From the NCBI RefSeq assembly GCF_947568905.1, contig NC_079170.1:83638001-83702000 (forward strand): 64,000 nucleotides of DNA, in the 5' to 3' direction. Position 1 is the stretch's first letter, and each line of letters starts with the position of its first letter. Both the position numbers and the translations under genes were made by a program. This DNA is from Ostrea edulis. Taxonomy: Eukaryota. Below, one piece after another: positions 39,352 to 51,700 of the stretch. The notes beneath the pieces were generated by a model. It saw only the letters and a list, made by a program, of their open reading frames with translations, searched no databases and was not told the DNA's origin.

Positions 39352-40322
39352 TACTAGCTTGAAAATACGGATGTATATTTAATTGCTGTTATAAAATTTA
39401 GAAATTCATTACAAAATTAAGGATTATCTCCCTCATGCATAGCTCTTATCCTTAGACGAATTTGGCTCCACTTGTTTGGCACGCTGTTTTTGGCTATATT
39501 TAGATCTAAAACTTCATAGTTATTTCGGATTTCAAACATTTCGGTTGAGCATCACTGAAGAGACATTATTTGTCGAAATGCGCATCTGGTGCATCAAAAT
39601 TGGTACCGTATAAGTTTTACATTATGACCTCTGGGTCGAGGCCTCTGCTGGTGGACTGTTAGTCCCCGAGGGTCTCTACAGCCCAGTAGCTAAGTACTTC
39701 GTTACTAGCTTGAAAATACGGATGTATATTTAATTGCTGTTATAAAATTTAGAAATTCATTACAAAATTAAGGATTATCTCCCTCATGCATAGCTCTTAT
39801 CCTTGGACGAATTTGGCTCCACTTGTTTGGCACGCTGTTTTTGGCTATATTTAGCTCTAAAACTTCATAGTTATTTCGGATTTCAAACATTTCGGTTGAG
39901 CATCACTGAAGAGACATTATTTGTCGAAATGCGCATCTGGTGCATCAAAATTGGTACCGTATAAGTTTTACATTATGACTCCTGGGTCGAGGCCTCTGCT
40001 GGTGGACTGTTAGTCCCGAGGGTCTCTACAGCCCAGTAGCTAAGTACTTCGTTACTAGCTTGAAAATACGGATGTATATTTAATTGCTGTTATAAAATTT
40101 AGAAATTCATTACAAAATTAAGGATTTTCTCCCTCATGCATAGCTCTTATCCTTGGACAAATTTGGCTCCACTTGTTTGGCACGCTGTTTTTGGCTATAT
40201 TTAGATCTAAAACTTCATAGTTATTTCGGATTTCAAACATTTCGGTTGAGCATCACTGAAGAGACATTATTTGTCGAAATGCGCATCTGGTGCATCAAAA
40301 TTGGTACCGTATAAGTTTTACA
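39352..40322 (+). ncRNA. Non-LTR retrozyme: ~2.8 tandem 350-351-bp units, each with a minimal type I hammerhead ribozyme
   Basis: Hammerheads at 39549-39592, 39900-39943 and 40250-40293. Structure: stem I GCATCA/TGGTGC, core CTGAAGA, stem II GACA-TTATT-TGTC, GAA, palindromic stem III ATGCGCAT, cleavage triplet ATC. Confidence 0.85.
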
Positions 40323-41587
40323 TACAACCAACCGTACCTGGGTTGAACATTTTAGTAGAGGCAATGTACAGAGTTTTTGGTCATTCAATCACTTGAGTTA
40401 TTACCCCTCTTATACTGGTTCCGGTTACATATGTTTGGTGTCGTGACAAGTATTCTGGGTACACATACAATATGCAGGTCTACATTTATGATATTTCATC
40501 TATGTACAACTGGTGACGTCTCAATATAAGTGAAAATTCTATACGTGACTTAAAAACAAACAAACAGTCCACGTTTTGTCTTTTTGACTCCATGTTTTTG
40601 TCACAGTGCTTGCTAGGGAATCTCGCCGGGTACGAGTTAATTTTTGCACCGATTATCATCGTTAATCAACTCGTCCTCCTTTGAGAATGAAACGTCACCC
40701 ATTATCTCTTTGTGCGTTGTGTATTATCCCAGTGGACGCACAGGACGTGCTAATTCGCTCCTTAAAACAGATTTTGTGGTAGCTTTTTGTGCATATTCTA
40801 TCCACGTAAGACTTTTCCGTTTGTCCTGTGGAAGGGACAGATCGTCTGGAAATTGGACCATCTAATGATCATGTTTATATACCATGAATTCGTTTTTTAA
40901 TCGATAATTTTAATGTTTGTTTTCTTTTAATTTTGTGATGTCTCTCTACCAGTTTCCGCTTAAAACTTAGTCATTTATTATGAAAACTAGATAACAATAT
41001 TATATCCCTCTATCTGACATCTTGGAAACTGAAAATATATGCTATGAAAAACAAAAGAAAATTCCAATGATAAAGAAAAATCAAAACATGCTTAATCGTA
41101 TATATAGAATGCTATTGTATATAGGTTATGGAGACTTTCCCTTGATAAAAGATTCCATGGCATACCATTTCTTTAAATATGATGTCATATATTCAAATTA
41201 TTGTTCCTTCTACTTATAGGTACTTCAATGTATAATGACAATGGTTGGTTTTGACTTAAGCTGGAGAAAGTGGGAACCTGTAAGAAAAGAAACGATTTAT
41301 GTAATGACCAAAATATTCAGAATAGTTCATGTATAACAGTTTTCTTAAATTGATTTTTGAAAATGTTTTGAATTAATTTATAACTAATCAAATACCCTGA
41401 AATTTCATATGAAATCAATATACATGTATTTCACAATCAAATGAATCTCAAAATATGATCCACGTCACGAGCAAGGCAACTACAAGAAGATGCAGGAATT
41501 ATAAACCACGGTACAACTCGGACACTAGCAAGCAAATGAAGAACAAGCGCATCCAGCTAGAATAACAAAAGGACCCTGCATAACGAA

Positions 41588-42072
41588 ATTCACATTGTAT
41601 CAACTTCATCAATGTTTAGTGAAATATCGAGTTTTAATGTATCACATTATATCAACCTTATCAATGTTTAGTGAAATACCGCGTCGAAATGTATCACATT
41701 ATATCAACCTTATTAATGTTTAGTGAAATATTGAGTCTTAATGTATCACATGGTGAAATACCTAGTCTTAATGTATCGCATTATATCAATTACCTGATCA
41801 ATGTTTAGTGAAATGCTGAATCATAGTGTATCGCATTATATTGACCTCATCAATGTTTAGTGAAATATCTAGTCTCAATGTATCGCATTATATCAACCCG
41901 ATCAATGTTTAATGAAATACCTAGTTTTAATATATCCCATTGCATCAACCTTATCAATGTCTAGTATGACACCGAGTCTTGATGTCTCACATTATATCAA
42001 CCTTATCAATGTTTAGTGAAATACCCAGAGTTAATGTATCACATTGTATCAACCTTACCAATGTTTAGTGAA
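41588..42072. repeat. Minisatellite, ~52-bp unit, ~9 copies
   Basis: Unit GTATCACATTATATCAACCTTATCAATGTTTAGTGAAATACC... Confidence 0.85.
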
Positions 42073-42376
42073 CAACACAATTATAGATGTGAATGCTTGG
42101 AATTACATTGAAGTTATGTAAACATTTCAGTCGAACACAATCCCAGGTCATCGCTCTTTGTGAACGTAAATCATAAGCCCTATTGTGACCTTCACCTGTG
42201 CTCTCGAGCTATCTAACAACAAGTGTCTTTTTTGTTGTTGGTAATATACCAGTAATTGTACTTTTTCCAAAGATGAAATTTGCTGTAATGTGATTATGTA
42301 ATAATCTTTACACCTCGTTTTATTTCCGTGTTACTCACATTCATCTTTTGGTCGTAAATTTATATTCAATACCACA

Positions 42377-43090
42377 TTTAGATATATATCGACGACGATT
42401 TATCTATTAACAATGAACATTTTCATCCATATATATGTCGATTCGATATTATATCCCTGTGAACTCGAAATAAAGACACCACAGAGTCGTCCACTTCTGC
42501 TTCATACTTAGATATTTTATTGAAAGTAGATATTAACAGCAAACTGACAACTCAACTGTATGGCAAACGGGATGATTTCAGCTTCTCTCCATCGTCAACT
42601 TCCCATATTTATGTAGCAATATTCCATCATCACATGCATATGGTGTTTATATCTCTCAATTGATTCGATACACAAGAGCTTGTTCTGCATATGATAAATT
42701 CTAAATCGAGGCAGGCTACTGACAAACAAGTTAATGGTGCAGGAATTTCAACAATCTCGTTTAAAGTTAGCATTTCGCAAAATTCTATGGTCGTTATAAA
42801 GATCTAGTTAGTCAATACAACCTATCATTGGGTCAAATGCTGTCTGACGTGTTTCATACCGATTGCTAGGCCGTTCTTTGCAACACTTATCTTGACTATG
42901 GATTACTTCGTTTAACTAATGATAATCGTGTATCATTTATAGGACTCACGGCGGGTGTGTCCGGTCAACAGGGGATGCTTACTCCTCCTAGGCACACTTT
43001 GGTATGCCCAGAGGTCCGTGTTTTCCTTAATCTTTATTTTGTATCTGTTTTATATAGGAGTTATGAGATTGATCACTGTTTGTTATCTTA
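42377..43090 (+). mobile_element. Degenerate Naiad-like PLE 3' fragment
   Basis: Begins at the RYIDD-coding region, is frameshifted, and ends in the family 3' terminus. Confidence 0.8.
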
Positions 43091-44881
43091 GAAGTAAGAC
43101 GAACAAGGGGACAATAGACTGATTTATATTAGGGACCCCTCATCTTCTATATGCATTGTGAATGCAAAACAGTAGGAAGTTATCTATCTATCTATCTCAG
43201 GGCTCAAAATTAGCGAATACTCGCAAAAAGCTAGTGCATTTGAAAAATACCGAGTAAAAATAGTGGACACTCGAAAATCTTAGCAAGTGGTGATTTACAA
43301 ACCATGATCGTATCTTATCCGTTTTATACGGTGATGCGCTATTCGCTTTTCTTAAACTTGCACTCTGAATCATACAAACGGTTACATGAATGACCGATTC
43401 TAACAACCGTTTCTGTCCGGATTTTTCTTTTATGATTTTTTAAGAAACTCGGAGTCAAACAAATGCTTTAGAGGTCGGACATCGCATATGGAATGAGAGT
43501 ACCAAACCCCCATATGCGTAACCCGGACGCAGTTTACCCAAGATTGAGCGGAGGTATAAATGTCTAGGTGTTGCGTGATTGGCTAATATCAAGAGTGAAA
43601 TTATTTGGAATTGAAAAAAATATTATAGAGGTTCAAATTAATTGTTAGGATGAAAAATTATCGCACAAAATCGAGAAATGACTGAGGAAATGAACATGGT
43701 AGAGGTGTGCTTAAAACGAAGTGTGTAATTTACTACAGATTGCCATGTGTTGTATAAAAAAAAAAGTACAAATATGGCCTATAAAAGGCACGGGACCCTA
43801 TATATTTTTTGTCATTTTTTATCAGCACTTGGAATGAACTTTGAAATGTTTGCAGTCATTTGTTTAAAATCGATATAGTTAATTAGTGAGAGGGCCAAAG
43901 TTTAGCATTGAGGTCTATGGGAAATGAATTGGTACTCTTTTCCCATATGCATATGATGAAAGATATAGACATGTGCCACGATCCTGTTCACCTATAGGGG
44001 TGGTTAAATTAGATTCGAAGTATGAGGTTTTTGTTATTCATTTATTTAAAAAAAAAAATCAGAGTTTATGTTTTACCAAGTCTTCCGGTAGTCATTTTTA
44101 TTAGAATCATGAGAATGTCCTATCTAAATTAATTTATTGTCATATTGAGGTCGGGTTGTAGTGATGAAACGAAGGGCCGTGAGAGCGGAGCTCTCCTTAT
44201 AAGTAACACGTATATACATGTTTAAAAGTAAAATATAGGAAAATAATGAAATATTAAACCATATCTATGGAACTTGAAAAGTATGGTCCCAATGGCGTCG
44301 ATTCGAATACTAACGCGTTGACTTGCATTTCTCCATTTTGAATCTCGTATACCCACGTTCACGTCGTTCTGAGATGTTATATAAAATCCGTAAAAGCATG
44401 TAAATCTTATTTTCTTAATCGTATATATAATCACACGATTAGCGCGATAGTAGGTAATGTCTCCAATGTTTGTGTATTTGCTAAATACCGACGCTGAATA
44501 TGACGTCATAATGTGCTGTTTACATCAGTTGCATAGAGTTTCCCGAGTTCGATGAATTGGCGTATCAAAAATGTCTAAAGTTAAAATACTTTGATTGAGC
44601 TCTGTCCTCACACGTTAGGTGCTAATATTTCGGGATCATTTTTCTCCTGTTATGGATCTCTACTAATGCCAATTGCTTCGCCCTCAAAATGGTCACGCCA
44701 TAAGACATATTAATTAATGTTTTGTAAGACCTGTGTGCAAAGAACGTGTTATAATAACTGATTTTATTATACCTCAGTATGAGAATTCTATGCAACGCGT
44801 AATCTGATTGGTCTAGACGGTCACATGCCAGGGATAACAAAACTTCATATCTCCCTCTCAAACATCATATTTCCCTATCTT

Positions 44882-45255
44882 ATTATATACTTTCAATTTC
44901 ATCTCTTCTTTTTTCTTTAAAAGTTTGCGGGCATATATCACACGATATATGCCCGCAAACATTCCGGCCCGCAAACATTACGTCACAATCAAATTTCTAC
45001 GCCGTTAATTTTCAAATTTTTCGTGTTTTTCATCTTTTACTCAGTTAAACCGATAAAGTTATTGTTAAAAATAAAATTATTGTTAGTTTCTAAATGAAAT
45101 TGAAAGTATATAGTAAAAAGGTTATAGACTTTGTATGGGAAATAGGACGACCTCGTTTTTTGTCGCGAACGGACCTCGCAAGCTCGGTCCGTCTACGCGC
45201 CAAAAAACTCGGTCGTCATATTTTCCCATACAAAGTCTATAACCTATAAATATTT
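44882..45255. repeat. Dispersed palindromic element (possibly a Crypton-type non-autonomous element), copy 1
   Basis: Internal inverted repeat ATTATATACTTTCAATTTC / GAAATTGAAAGTATATAGT and a long terminal hairpin GGTTATAGACTTTGTATGGG...CCCATACAAAGTCTATAACC. Confidence 0.55.
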
Positions 45256-45627
45256 ACCCCTTGGGCAGCCTCGTGCATTTTCCATAAATTTAACGTCAAG
45301 GTAGACGAAGTGTATTGTGACGTCACAATAAGTCCGAGTCATTCTACTTTCATAGTTTGTAAGGCACAAACTATGCGGGTCTCTGATACACAGTTGAATG
45401 CATGGTTTTAGTTGATACAGAAAACCCAAGGAAGTTAATCTACATTCAAGGAAAATGGAAATACAAAAACTGGTTATCATTTCACTGTATTTCGTTGTTT
45501 GTATCTTCTACCGTAATACGTTGACGGCGCGGTTTTACCGTTAGGGTGATCTCAGACATATAGATGAGCGGACTCCAATTTCAAATACATTTTTGTAGTC
45601 TTGCTTTGTTTCGGTATAATAAACAAT

Positions 45628-45780
45628 TTATTGAATGAATGATCGGGAGATATGAAGATTTATTCACCCAAGAAAAATCATATTGATGATTTCCCCTCGG
45701 GCGTTGCCCTCGGGGAATGATTTTTCTTGGGTGAATAAATCTTCATATCTCCCTCACTATCATGCAATAAATTTATAATA
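45628..45780. repeat. Short palindromic (hairpin) element
   Basis: GGGAGATATGAAGATTTATTCACCCAAGAAAAATCA ... TGATTTTTCTTGGGTGAATAAATCTTCATATCTCCC. A comparable degenerate palindrome is at ~50395-50580. Confidence 0.6.
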
Positions 45781-46181
45781 ACAACATTGATGTACATGTG
45801 TATTTACGATTACCTGCTTACTGTAATATTTCTTGTTTGTTTTCACTTAGTAGTTGACTGCTGTGTGAACAAACATTACTATAATACCAAATATCTAATT
45901 GTACGCATAGTCATATTTTAGGATGTATCCACGAGGTCGGGTGAGTATTGTTCATTCTATTATTAGACTGTTACCTTTCTCAAATGTTTTTCGCGCAATA
46001 TCATCTTTGACGTTTATAATACCTTCTGTGACGTCATAGTACCTTCGTGTATGTAGTCGTGTGTTACGTTGCTATGAGAAATAAACACGACTGAAGAAGA
46101 CCGGTAACCGGTAAGACGGTCAAAATATTTCTACAAAGTGGGTTTTTTTTTTTTTTTAAAAAATATCTTACTTCCAAAAAG

Positions 46182-46230
<49 letters not shown>

Positions 46231-46293
46231 TGCAAGTCAATTAATCTCTTCTTGCAAATCATATGCATGTAGATTTAGTAAATATTTCTACTC

Positions 46294-46660
46294 ATTATAT
46301 ACTTTCAATTTCATCTCTTCTCTTTTTTTGTGGGCATATATCACACCAACATTCCGGTCCGCAAACATTACGTACGTCACAATCAATACACAAGTAAATT
46401 ACTATTAAATATAGTACGTCGTTTTAAAATTGTTCGACTTTTCATCTTTTACTCAGTTAAACCAATAAAGAAATTGTTTAAAATAGAATTATTGTTAGTT
46501 TCTATATGAAATTGAAAGTATATGATAAAAAGTTATAGATTTTGTATGGGGAAATATGACACCTCGTTTTTGGTCACAGACGGACAAACTCGGTCCGTCT
46601 ACGCGCCAAAAAACTCGGTCGTCATATTTTCCCATACAAAGTCTATAACCTATAAATATT
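46294..46660. repeat. Dispersed palindromic element, copy 2
   Basis: Direct, diverged copy of 44882-45255. Confidence 0.55.
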
Positions 46661-47820
46661 AGATTCGCTGATGGCCGGGTTTACATCACGAACTAAACGC
46701 AATTGTTGACGGAAACTGTTTACAAGTTCATCTTTTCATAAACAGACCCTTTGCGTGGTGTAGAAATGCACTCTTACCCAAAATATTGTCATGAAGAAGT
46801 GATGTTTATGAATTGCCACTGCGAAGAAGTGCTGTATGTGAATTGCCATGGCGACACACTGTTGGGTTGGGGTGATTTCCGTGTTTAGCTTTGGACAGTA
46901 GGTTTCACATGTGTTTAGCTTATTCTAAAGATTGAGACATGTTGATACCCCCCCCCCCCCCCCTCCAATAAAAATTATAAACTAACAAAGACAAAACGCA
47001 AATAGGAAAACAAAGTACAAAGAAAAATAATGAAAATGAATAAATAAAACCAGATTAAACCAGTTAGATATCGTGCATCACATGAATTCAATGACTTGTG
47101 GATTTATGTATGTTATATATATGTTTTTTATTATGTGAATTATATTTACATTACCAATGTTTTTACCTATAATATTTACATTCATTATTTTTTTCTTTTA
47201 TATTTCTTTTGATTTATTGCTTTTATCATTCAAAATGAATACATGTTTGTTTCAAACTAGACAGTTCCATCCAGTTTTTATTACCATCTGTCCATGTCAT
47301 CATTACCAAATATGGAGTGTCGTCAAGGTCAAAAGTTAGATTGGCTGTTCCGTTTCAAGAAACAAAATAGGCAATGGTATGATATTTCAGTACTTAAATT
47401 TTGTCCATATTTTAACAAAATACAGAGAAATATAAATATAAACAATAAAAAGTCTAACTCTTTTATTGTTGCTTTATTGGATAATGAAGGTAGCTAGTAT
47501 TGCAGAAAAATTCATGATCAGCATAACTTTGTTGTTTTATCTGGTGATGAAAGTAGCAATCATTGCAGAAAAAAGTTCATAACCTGCTTACCCGGGTTAT
47601 ATTTTTTTTCTGCAATGCTAGCTACCTTCATCACCCAATGAAACAACAAAGAAAGCATTTCATTGTTATAAAGGTATCTACAAATGGTAATGATAGTCAT
47701 TTTCTCATGAACGCTTTGAAGCTGTAAACAATACATGTATGAATGCAGATAAAAACAGCAGGTTAATTTCAATGACTAGGAATTCTGACAGAAATAAAGA
47801 GAATGTAAATATAAGAAATA

Positions 47821-48011
47821 CTGTAAATGTATTACATTTGGCTGTGTATTCTATTTAGCGCCTTTGGCAGAACGCAGCTTCCGCTAAATCAAGTACGTCG
47901 CTAAATGCCATCCGTAAATCTAGATGTTGAAAGTAATTCAGGAATGCGCTAAATCAAATCTACGCTAACTTGTTGAAAAAACGATTTCCGCCAAATATAA
48001 TACGTTTACAG
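47821..48011. mobile_element. Tc1/mariner-type MITE
   Basis: TA|CTGTAAATGTATTA...ATTTGGC ... GCCAAATATAATACGTTTACAG|TA. Confidence 0.65.
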
Positions 48012-48714
48012 TAAACTTCAGTTTCGAAAATACATGAAGGAATGAACTACAAACATTTCAGGCAAGCATACTTCTCAAACTTTTAACGAATCAATGTATG
48101 TGTATATTTACATACATGGAATTCAAATCGATTCACATTTAAAAAAAAAATACTTTCCAGCTATATAATCACTAAGCCACAATGATGTGAACATATTCAG
48201 CTAAATTCATTAATACACAAATGCACTCATATAATTTCAGAAGTGGATGCATATTATGTGGTCATGATAAAATACAAGGAGGAATGGCAGGAGAATGCAT
48301 GCGCTGTGTGTCTATATAAGGTTGATTATCACTATGATTATCTATATACTAGCAACTGATCGAAGCTACTCACTGGGTATGTACACAGCTGATGTAAAAT
48401 AACCATGCTACTAGTACTCCTTACAGAGTTTACCTAATGTCTCTGTTGACTACTGAATGCTTACTACAAAACAAACAAACAAAAATGATAATAATACGAC
48501 TGAGACCACAAAATGTATATACAATGGTACATTTTAATTTCCAACAACATTCAACTTTGGTTACTAAAAACCAATTTTAGTATAATCATCAAAGAAATTT
48601 TCAATAATGAATGGCAAAATAAAAATATCAGTAAAATAAATGGTATGGGTGGATAAAAGTTTTTAGCAGCAGATGGTGTGGGGTAGCTACAAGCAGGGTG
48701 ACGTCAGTTTGTAC

Positions 48715-51700
48715 CTACTTCTGAGCACACATTAGAGTTAAATTCTGTACTGCCATGAGTGTGGACTGCACATTCTGTCCCGTTATTAAATGTCTGTCAA
48801 TGATCACATGTACTGCATCCATATCACTACCTGAAAAAGGGTTAAGAATGTATCACTACCTGAAAAAGAGTTCAGTACGTATCACTACTCGAAAAAGAGT
48901 TCAGTACATATCACAACCTGAAAAAGAGTTCAGTACATATCACAACCTGAAAAAGAGTTCAGTACATATCACAACCTGAAAAAGAGTTCAGTATATATCA
49001 CAACCTGAGCAAGAGGCCCAAGGGCCACATCCCTCACCTGAGTCACCTTGGCCCATATTTAAAGATTTTCTCTATACATATTCGCATGTAAAACTTTGAT
49101 CCGAATTGTGGCCCCAGGAAGGGATGGGGTGTTAGGTTGGGGTGTACACATTTTACAAACTTGAATCTGTACTATGTCAGAAAGCTTTCATGTAAAGGTA
49201 AACTTTTCTAACCCAGTGGTTCTTGAGAAGATCTTTAAAGATTTTCACTACATATTTGTATGCAAAGCTTTGATTCCCTATTGTGGCCCCACCCTACCCC
49301 TTGGAGCAATGATGTTAACAAACTTGAATCTGCACTATATCACAAAGTCTTCATATAAATGTAAACTTCTCTGGCCAAATGATTCTTGAGAAGAAGATTT
49401 TTAAAGATTTTCCTTATATATTGCCGTGTAAAACTTTGATCCCCTATTGTAGCCCCATCCTACATGTACCCCCTGGGGCCATGGCTTTAACAAACTTGAA
49501 TCTGCACTATGTCAGGAAGCTGTCATGTTCATATAAACTTTTCTGGTTCAGTTGTTCTTGAGAAGAAGATTTTAAAAGATCTCCCTTATATAATTATATG
49601 TAAACTTTGATCCCCTATTGTGGCCCCATCCTACCCCCAGGAACCATGATATTTAACAAACTTGAATCTGTACTGGCAGGAAGCTTTCATGTAAATTTGT
49701 ACTTTCCTGGCCCAGTGGTTCTTGAGAAGATTTTAAAAGATTTCCCCTATATATTTAAATGTAAATCTTTTATCCCCTACTGTGGCCGCATCCTACACCT
49801 GAGCATCATGGTTTTAACAAACTTGAATTTGTAGTACATTGTGTGTCCCGAAGCTTTCATATGAATATCAGTTCTTCTGGCCAAGAGCATTTTTGTGATT
49901 ATCTCCCCTTTGAAAGGGGCATGACCCTTCATTTGAACAAACTTGAATCCCCGTCACCAAAGGATGTTCTGTGCCAAGTTTGGTTGAAATTGACCCGTTG
50001 GTTCTGAAGAAGATGAAAATGTGAAAAGTTTATGACGACGACAATGACAACGGACAAAGGCTCAGATGAGCTAAAAAGAGTTCAGTACGTATCACTACCT
50101 GAAAAGAAGTTCAGTACGTATCACTACCTGAAAAAAAGTTCAGTACGTATCACTACCTGAAAAAGAAGTTCAGTACGTATCACTACCTGAAAAAGAAGTT
50201 CAGTACGTATCACTACCTGAAAAGAAGTTCAGTACGTATCACTACCTGAAAAAGAAGTTCAGTACGTATCACTACCTGAAAAAGAAGTTCAGTACATGTA
50301 TCACTACCTGAAAAAGAAGCTCAGCAAAAAAAAAAAAGAAGAAGAAAAAATAAGAAAATACATGTATTAAGTTTGCCACATCAGAATTGAATATTACATA
50401 GAGGATCTTGAACGAGTGCTTATGGCATATAAAATTTATGAAATAAGTTGCCGGTTTTAATATTTTCCGAGCCTTAGTGAGAGAAATATTTAAAAACGGA
50501 AATAATTTTAAATTTTCTTAATATGCAGTAAGCGCGAGTGTAAGATTCTATTTATCACACAACTATCAATAAATGCATATTTTAGTTACTTTCCATTTCA
50601 TGTGATTGTTTTTATTTCAAGGTCAGCCTAGCCTCAATGCACATCTGAAAAATGTCCTTGAGCATAAGAAATAAGATCTAAAGATAAACATGTCAACGTG
50701 ATGGATAAATTGAAATTCATCTTAATATAAGTGATGTCATTGTATTACAACAAATGGAACTGGAATAATTATGATAGACTTGAATAGCGTTTGTAGTAAA
50801 ACTAGAAATTTGACAATATTGTATCTCTGTCAACATGCGTAATTTTAAGTTTTTCACGTTGTTATTGTTTAACGTCATCTGTTCTATCTCAGTTTGGGGA
50901 ATTAAACTTAGCCTGTCGTTTGAAATTTCTGCTTCAAAGTCAATGCCGCTTATCTTCACGTCATAAAAATACAAACTCCTCTTGGAACAAATTTGGTTAC
51001 AATTGTATGTTCTTTACTGTCATTTTCAACAGAGTCACCTACTTCAAAGGATTGTAATTGTAATTAAAAGATTTATATAGCGCCCTATCAACATTAGTTC
51101 TCTAAAGCGCTTTACAAATGTGAAAGAAAAGATAATATAAAATCGATGTGCACATACATGTGAATAAAATATTCATAGTGTCAGAATTAAAATGCATAAA
51201 TATTATTATTAATATATAGCGATATGATATGATTACCCTAATAACATATGAAGCAATTTAAAACAACCCTTAGGAATAATTAAATACATAAAAAGGACAT
51301 AGGCATAATATCAAACAGCAGGTTTTTTTTTGTTTTTTTGTTTTTTGTTTTTGTTTTGTTAACAGCACTGTAAGATCTGTATGTAAGAGCACTAAGTATA
51401 TAAAAATAATCACAAATTAAAAGGATGTCACGTTGTTTTGTTTATGTGGGGCATGAATCCATGGGATTGACCTATATGATTTGCATAGTTATTAACCTGT
51501 GCAACAAGTTTATATCGTTTTTCCAAACCTGGGATATGAACCCGGAAACAGTACTGTTGTGTGATAAAATGAATTACTAATTTAAATAACAAAAATATGC
51601 TTGTTTTACATATGCATCCTAATCTGTTTCAGTTATCAGTTTATGTATGAGTGTGTATATTTGACAAATGAGTATTTACATGTTTCAGTAATACAACGAG

